This document shows positions 60,210 to 64,000 of a stretch of 64,000 nt of DNA, piece after piece. How positions within the stretch are numbered: position 1 is the stretch's first letter; every line of letters begins with the position of its first letter. The stretch is from an uncultured bacterium (GTDB taxonomy: Bacteria > Babelota > Babeliae > Babelales > Babelaceae). The position numbers were made by a program, and so were the translations under genes. Under the pieces are notes generated by a model. It searched no databases, was not told the DNA's origin, and saw only the letters and a program-made list of their open reading frames with translations. Where the stretch lies: contig CAWGPQ010000014.1 of assembly GCA_963824495.1 (NCBI GenBank), positions 79,482 through 143,481 of the forward strand. The letters are read 5' to 3'.

Positions 60210-61820
60210 ATGATCAAGAATATTTTTATCCCTGAAGCAATTGGCTCGTACTATATTTTTCCTCAGCGTATTGTTGGTTGTGAAATTGGTAAAAATCAGG
60301 TTTTTGCAACGGTTATACGAGCATATCGTCGTACGAGAATCGTAGAGCGCTTTGTTGAAGAAGTATTCGACGGTGACCCTACGCTTACGTATCAAGAAAA
60401 AGCTTCAGGTGCCCTTTCGCGTGTACTGGCAACTATTGGTACGTTTGACGCCATTAATACCGCACTTTCAAGTTCATCGGTTATTTTTAAGGAGCTCACA
60501 CTACCTTTTACTGATCCTCAAAAAATTAAGCTTGTTGTGCCCTTTGAAGTGGAGCCATTACTGCCCTTTGAGCTGAATCAGGCAACGCTTGATAGTATTA
60601 TTATTCATCAATCAGAAGGTAGCTCCGAGATTCTGGTTGCTGCCGTTAAAAATGAAACACTGGCAGAGCATATACAGATTTTTACTAATATTGGTATAAG
60701 TCCTGCCAAAGTTACCGTGGATCTTCTTGAGCTCTATGGTATTTATCAAGAAATTCCCGAGTATCGTTCTATTAAAGGTGCAGTTGTCCTTTTAGATTTA
60801 GAACTTGATAGTATACGTATAGCGGTTATTATTGACGGTCAGCTTAAAGCATTGCGTGTATTACCAAAGGGTATGATTGCGCTTACACGATCATTTGGTG
60901 ACGCACAGGGTTTAGATCTTTCGCAAGCTCTTGATCAATTTAGACGTTTTGGTATCGATAGCTCTAACCCTCAGGCACGTACGCTGGCTATAGAATTTTT
61001 TAGTGACGTACAGTTCACGATACAGGCACTTTTAAGTCGTATACATCCAACCCCTCAGCTTGAGAGAATTATTGCGACTGGCTTTGGTGAAGAAGTAAAG
61101 GGCATGAATGAGATACTTCGCGAACTTATAGCAGTGCCCTGTGAATCACTTCTTGTGCATAAGATTATTCAGAACAGTACTATCACCGTTAAGCACACAG
61201 CGAGTATACCCAGCAGGTTTGCTGTTAGCTTGGGAACTGCGCTCTCATCTGCTATTACTCGAGAGTTTAACTTACGGCAGATATATAGTGGGCAAATGAG
61301 CGAGAAGCTCCTTACACGGCAGCTTATGGCCGCAGGTTTGCTTATAGTGGGGATACTAGGATCTTTTATGATATATAGTTTTGTAACGGTACATCGTTTG
61401 AATAATCAAGCTGCTGCGCTTGAAAAAGAAGCAGTTGATCGGCTTAAAAAAGAATTACCAGCGTTACAGCGTACTGCACGTGGATCGACATCGCTCGATA
61501 CTCTTACTGCTGAAGCACGCCGGGAAGTTGCTCGTGAAAAAAATATTTGGTTTGCTCTGTCAAGTAAAAACAGAGCATCATTTTTAAACTATTTGCAAGA
61601 ATTAAGCACGCGTATTGATGCCGCCGGTCTTGGGTTGGTACTAAGACGCATGAGTATTACCGATGATAGCATAACCCTTGAAGGCCAAGTGAAAAATTTT
61701 AACGCAGCTCGTTTGCTTGAAGAAGATCTTAATCAATCAAAATTGTTTAAAAGTGTACCACGATTGGAAGAAACTAAATTTACCGCTAAACTAATACTTG
61801 ATACTTCACAACAAAGCTAG
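60210..61820 (+). CDS. GspL-like / PilM-PilN fused assembly-platform protein
   Basis: Actin-like cytoplasmic domain (LTLPF..VPFEVE..LPF), FNLR motif, TM, periplasmic ITLEG domain. Confidence 0.72.
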   Translation: MIKNIFIPEAIGSYYIFPQRIVGCEIGKNQVFATVIRAYRRTRIVERFVEEVFDGDPTLTYQEKASGALSRVLATIGTFDAINTALSSSSVIFKELTLPFTDPQKIKLVVPFEVEPLLPFELNQATLDSIIIHQSEGSSEILVAAVKNETLAEHIQIFTNIGISPAKVTVDLLELYGIYQEIPEYRSIKGAVVLLDLELDSIRIAVIIDGQLKALRVLPKGMIALTRSFGDAQGLDLSQALDQFRRFGIDSSNPQARTLAIEFFSDVQFTIQALLSRIHPTPQLERIIATGFGEEVKGMNEILRELIAVPCESLLVHKIIQNSTITVKHTASIPSRFAVSLGTALSSAITREFNLRQIYSGQMSEKLLTRQLMAAGLLIVGILGSFMIYSFVTVHRLNNQAAALEKEAVDRLKKELPALQRTARGSTSLDTLTAEARREVAREKNIWFALSSKNRASFLNYLQELSTRIDAAGLGLVLRRMSITDDSITLEGQVKNFNAARLLEEDLNQSKLFKSVPRLEETKFTAKLILDTSQQS

Positions 61821-61828
61821 GAAGTTTA

Positions 61829-62380
61829 ATGAAATTATCGCGTATTACCGATATGATTAGTGGTTTAAGTCCTCGTGATTTTTATCGCTATCTTGCTATT
61901 TCTCTAGGTATCTTTTTAGCTCTTTTTAGTGGACTTATATATATTCATTATCGTCGTATTTCTATCGCTCAACGAAGAATAAGGCGCATTGGTCAACAGC
62001 GTGAAGAAGCTCGTGCTATTTTACAGGAACATCAGCTTGTCAAACAACAGCAAGCTGATGTTGATGCTATTCTTGCAGCTGACAAAAAATTTAGAATTCT
62101 TGATTATTTTAATTCGTTACTTCAAGAGCTTAATCTTACTGCCTTAAGCACTCAAGCGCCGGCGATAACTGAGCAAGATTTAGGTAATGGCTATAGTGAA
62201 GTACAGCTTACTGCAAGCTTTGCTAATATGAACATGAAGCAGATAACAGAGTTGCTTTTTAAAATAGAGCAAAATCAACGTGTGTATACAAAAGAATTGA
62301 TAATCGTTAAATCGATGAAATCCCCAACACTCGATGTAACCTTGGTTATCGCAACGTTGCAGCCAACTGCACCTGCATAA
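61829..62380 (+). CDS. GspM/PilO-like protein
   Basis: LSPRD then TM, coiled coil, ferredoxin-like C-terminus (LLFKIE, LDVTLVIAT). Confidence 0.68.
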   Translation: MKLSRITDMISGLSPRDFYRYLAISLGIFLALFSGLIYIHYRRISIAQRRIRRIGQQREEARAILQEHQLVKQQQADVDAILAADKKFRILDYFNSLLQELNLTALSTQAPAITEQDLGNGYSEVQLTASFANMNMKQITELLFKIEQNQRVYTKELIIVKSMKSPTLDVTLVIATLQPTAPA

Positions 62381-62388
62381 TACGAGAG

Positions 62389-63672
62389 GTGCTTTATATG
62401 ACAAGACAGCATAAGATATTAACAGGAAGTAGTCTTGTGGCATTGACCATAATAATCAGTAGTATGGCAGCTGATCAAGTTGCTCAAGAAAAGCACGTTC
62501 TTGCCACGCAAGCCGCCCCCACTCTTGCGCAAGCAGTAACGCCGCCTGAAAAAGCCGTACCTGAAGTTGCGCCTAAAGTTACACCTCTTGTAGCTACTAA
62601 GCCAACGGGAAAAGTTATTGCAAAGGTAGAAGCAGCTTCCGTGCCTCCAGTGCGGCCTGAAGCTCAAGCTACGCCACTTGCTGGTGTGCCTTCCACGGTA
62701 AAGCCTTCGGCAGGACCACTTAGTACTGTAGAAAAAGCTCCAGTGCTTATACCCCCTGTAACTCCCGTGGGGGCCAAAGCCCAGGCCACGCCGGCTGTAA
62801 CGCCTGAGCTTCCTGCTCCCAAAGCCGGTTCTCAAGCTCCTATATCACCGGTAATTAAACAAAGAGAAAAAGCCGCCTTGCAGCGTAAGCAGTCACTTGA
62901 AAAGTTGGCTCAAGAAGTGCCCCATGCTGTAGAGCCACCTAAAAAAACCAAGAGAGAGCTAGCGCGTGAAAAACGACAAAGACAACGTGAAGGATTTATC
63001 GATTTTACTTTTGATAATACTGATTTAACCGAAGCTATAAATCGTCTTGCTGCAGCAAAAAGAATTAATATTATTCTTCCTCAAGGTACTCAAGCTATAA
63101 CACAAAAGCTTACGTTTAAGCCATCGCAAGAGCTTACTATTCCGGAAGCAGAGCGTTATCTAAGTACGTTTCTTAACTTAGCCGGCTATAGTATGCACCC
63201 TCAAAATAAGTTTTACGTTGTTGTTAAAAATGATCCGAATATTGTTCGTGAGCCATTACCGCTTTTTGTTAATATACCTCCTGACAAATTGCCTTACGGT
63301 GACCAACGTATTCGAGCAATATATTATCTCTCTAACTTGCGTGTTCCCGACAACGCAACAGGCTCGGATCCTATTAATACTATTCTTAAGGATATGCTAT
63401 CTCCAGCTCCAACAGGTAATTATATGTTTGATCCACGATCAAATGGTATTATTATTACTGATATGGCAGATACTATTAGCTCTGTTATGACCATACTTAC
63501 TGAGCTTGATATGGCTGGCACACGGGATATGATTGAAGTTGTCCCTCTATTTAACGCAGTTTCAGGTACGGTTGCTAAGTTATTACAAACCCAAATACTG
63601 AATATAGCAAGTGGCGGTGGGACGCGTCCTGAAGTAAGAACTGCCACCAGCGATACCTCCTCAACCATTTAA
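62389..63672 (+). CDS. Second secretin (GspD paralog), truncated after the N1/N2 domains
   Basis: Signal plus Pro/Ala linker, FTFDNTDL N0, PLPLFVN..LP.GD.RIR.IY and ELD..G..EVVPL colinear with 57268 protein; no secretin barrel before the stop. Confidence 0.78.
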   Translation: MLYMTRQHKILTGSSLVALTIIISSMAADQVAQEKHVLATQAAPTLAQAVTPPEKAVPEVAPKVTPLVATKPTGKVIAKVEAASVPPVRPEAQATPLAGVPSTVKPSAGPLSTVEKAPVLIPPVTPVGAKAQATPAVTPELPAPKAGSQAPISPVIKQREKAALQRKQSLEKLAQEVPHAVEPPKKTKRELAREKRQRQREGFIDFTFDNTDLTEAINRLAAAKRINIILPQGTQAITQKLTFKPSQELTIPEAERYLSTFLNLAGYSMHPQNKFYVVVKNDPNIVREPLPLFVNIPPDKLPYGDQRIRAIYYLSNLRVPDNATGSDPINTILKDMLSPAPTGNYMFDPRSNGIIITDMADTISSVMTILTELDMAGTRDMIEVVPLFNAVSGTVAKLLQTQILNIASGGGTRPEVRTATSDTSSTI

Positions 63673-64000
63673 CATTAACCATCAAGATTCACATGGTATG
63701 ACAGCGTTACATTGGGCCGCTGCTCAAGGACATAACGATATCGTAAAATTATTACTTGATTTCGGTGCAAATATTAACCTGCAAAATGCGGAGGGTAATA
63801 CACCGTTACATTTAGCGGCTCGCAACGGTAATGTAAGTACCGTTAGACTCTTACTTGCACGTGGTGCTAACGCTACTATTGTTAACCGACAGGGTCAGAC
63901 TCCTCTGGCTCTTGCCCAACAATACCATCAACGTACCGTTGTTGGCTTATTAGCAGGAGAAGCTGGTCGTGCTGTGTTTGGTAGAGTGTCACAAGCAGGT
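63662..64000 (+). CDS. Headless ankyrin-repeat gene fragment running off the window
   Basis: Hand translation QPFNINHQDSHGMTALHWAAAQGHND..EGNTPLHLAARNGN..QGQTPLALA; matches second block of the 44477/45910 family; absent from ORF track. Confidence 0.85.

Overview
Bacterial chromosomal window of an AT-rich, probably intracellular organism. The many signal-peptide ankyrin proteins, the type II secretion cluster and the scrambled housekeeping gene order suggest Ca. Dependentiae/Babeliae (TM6); this taxonomy is inference. The intact backbone comprises glyA, efp, nusB, priA, polA, thyX, rpmA, secF, rho, tsaD, smpB, ssrA, transporters, skp, pth, tpiA, secG, mlaEF, moxR and T2SS genes. The main novelty is a ~17 kb accessory island between smpB and tmRNA. 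It carries a family of signal-peptide polymorphic toxins with a constant N-terminal body and variable C-terminal EndoU RNase tips, each followed by a divergent small immunity-like gene. One copy is intact and two are hit by the same IS3 element; a fourth, internally deleted copy with an immunity array lies at 53.5-54.8 kb. The island also holds a second candidate toxin with a PD-(D/E)xK-like tip and paralogous downstream genes. Other points: a 108-nt in-frame palindromic insertion inside an ankyrin gene, ankyrin proteins with C-terminal F-box-like motifs, an active/inactive M48 peptidase pair, several single-base frameshifts confined to accessory genes, and an abrupt secretin-to-ankyrin junction near the window end. 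No CRISPR array, rRNA or tRNA was seen.
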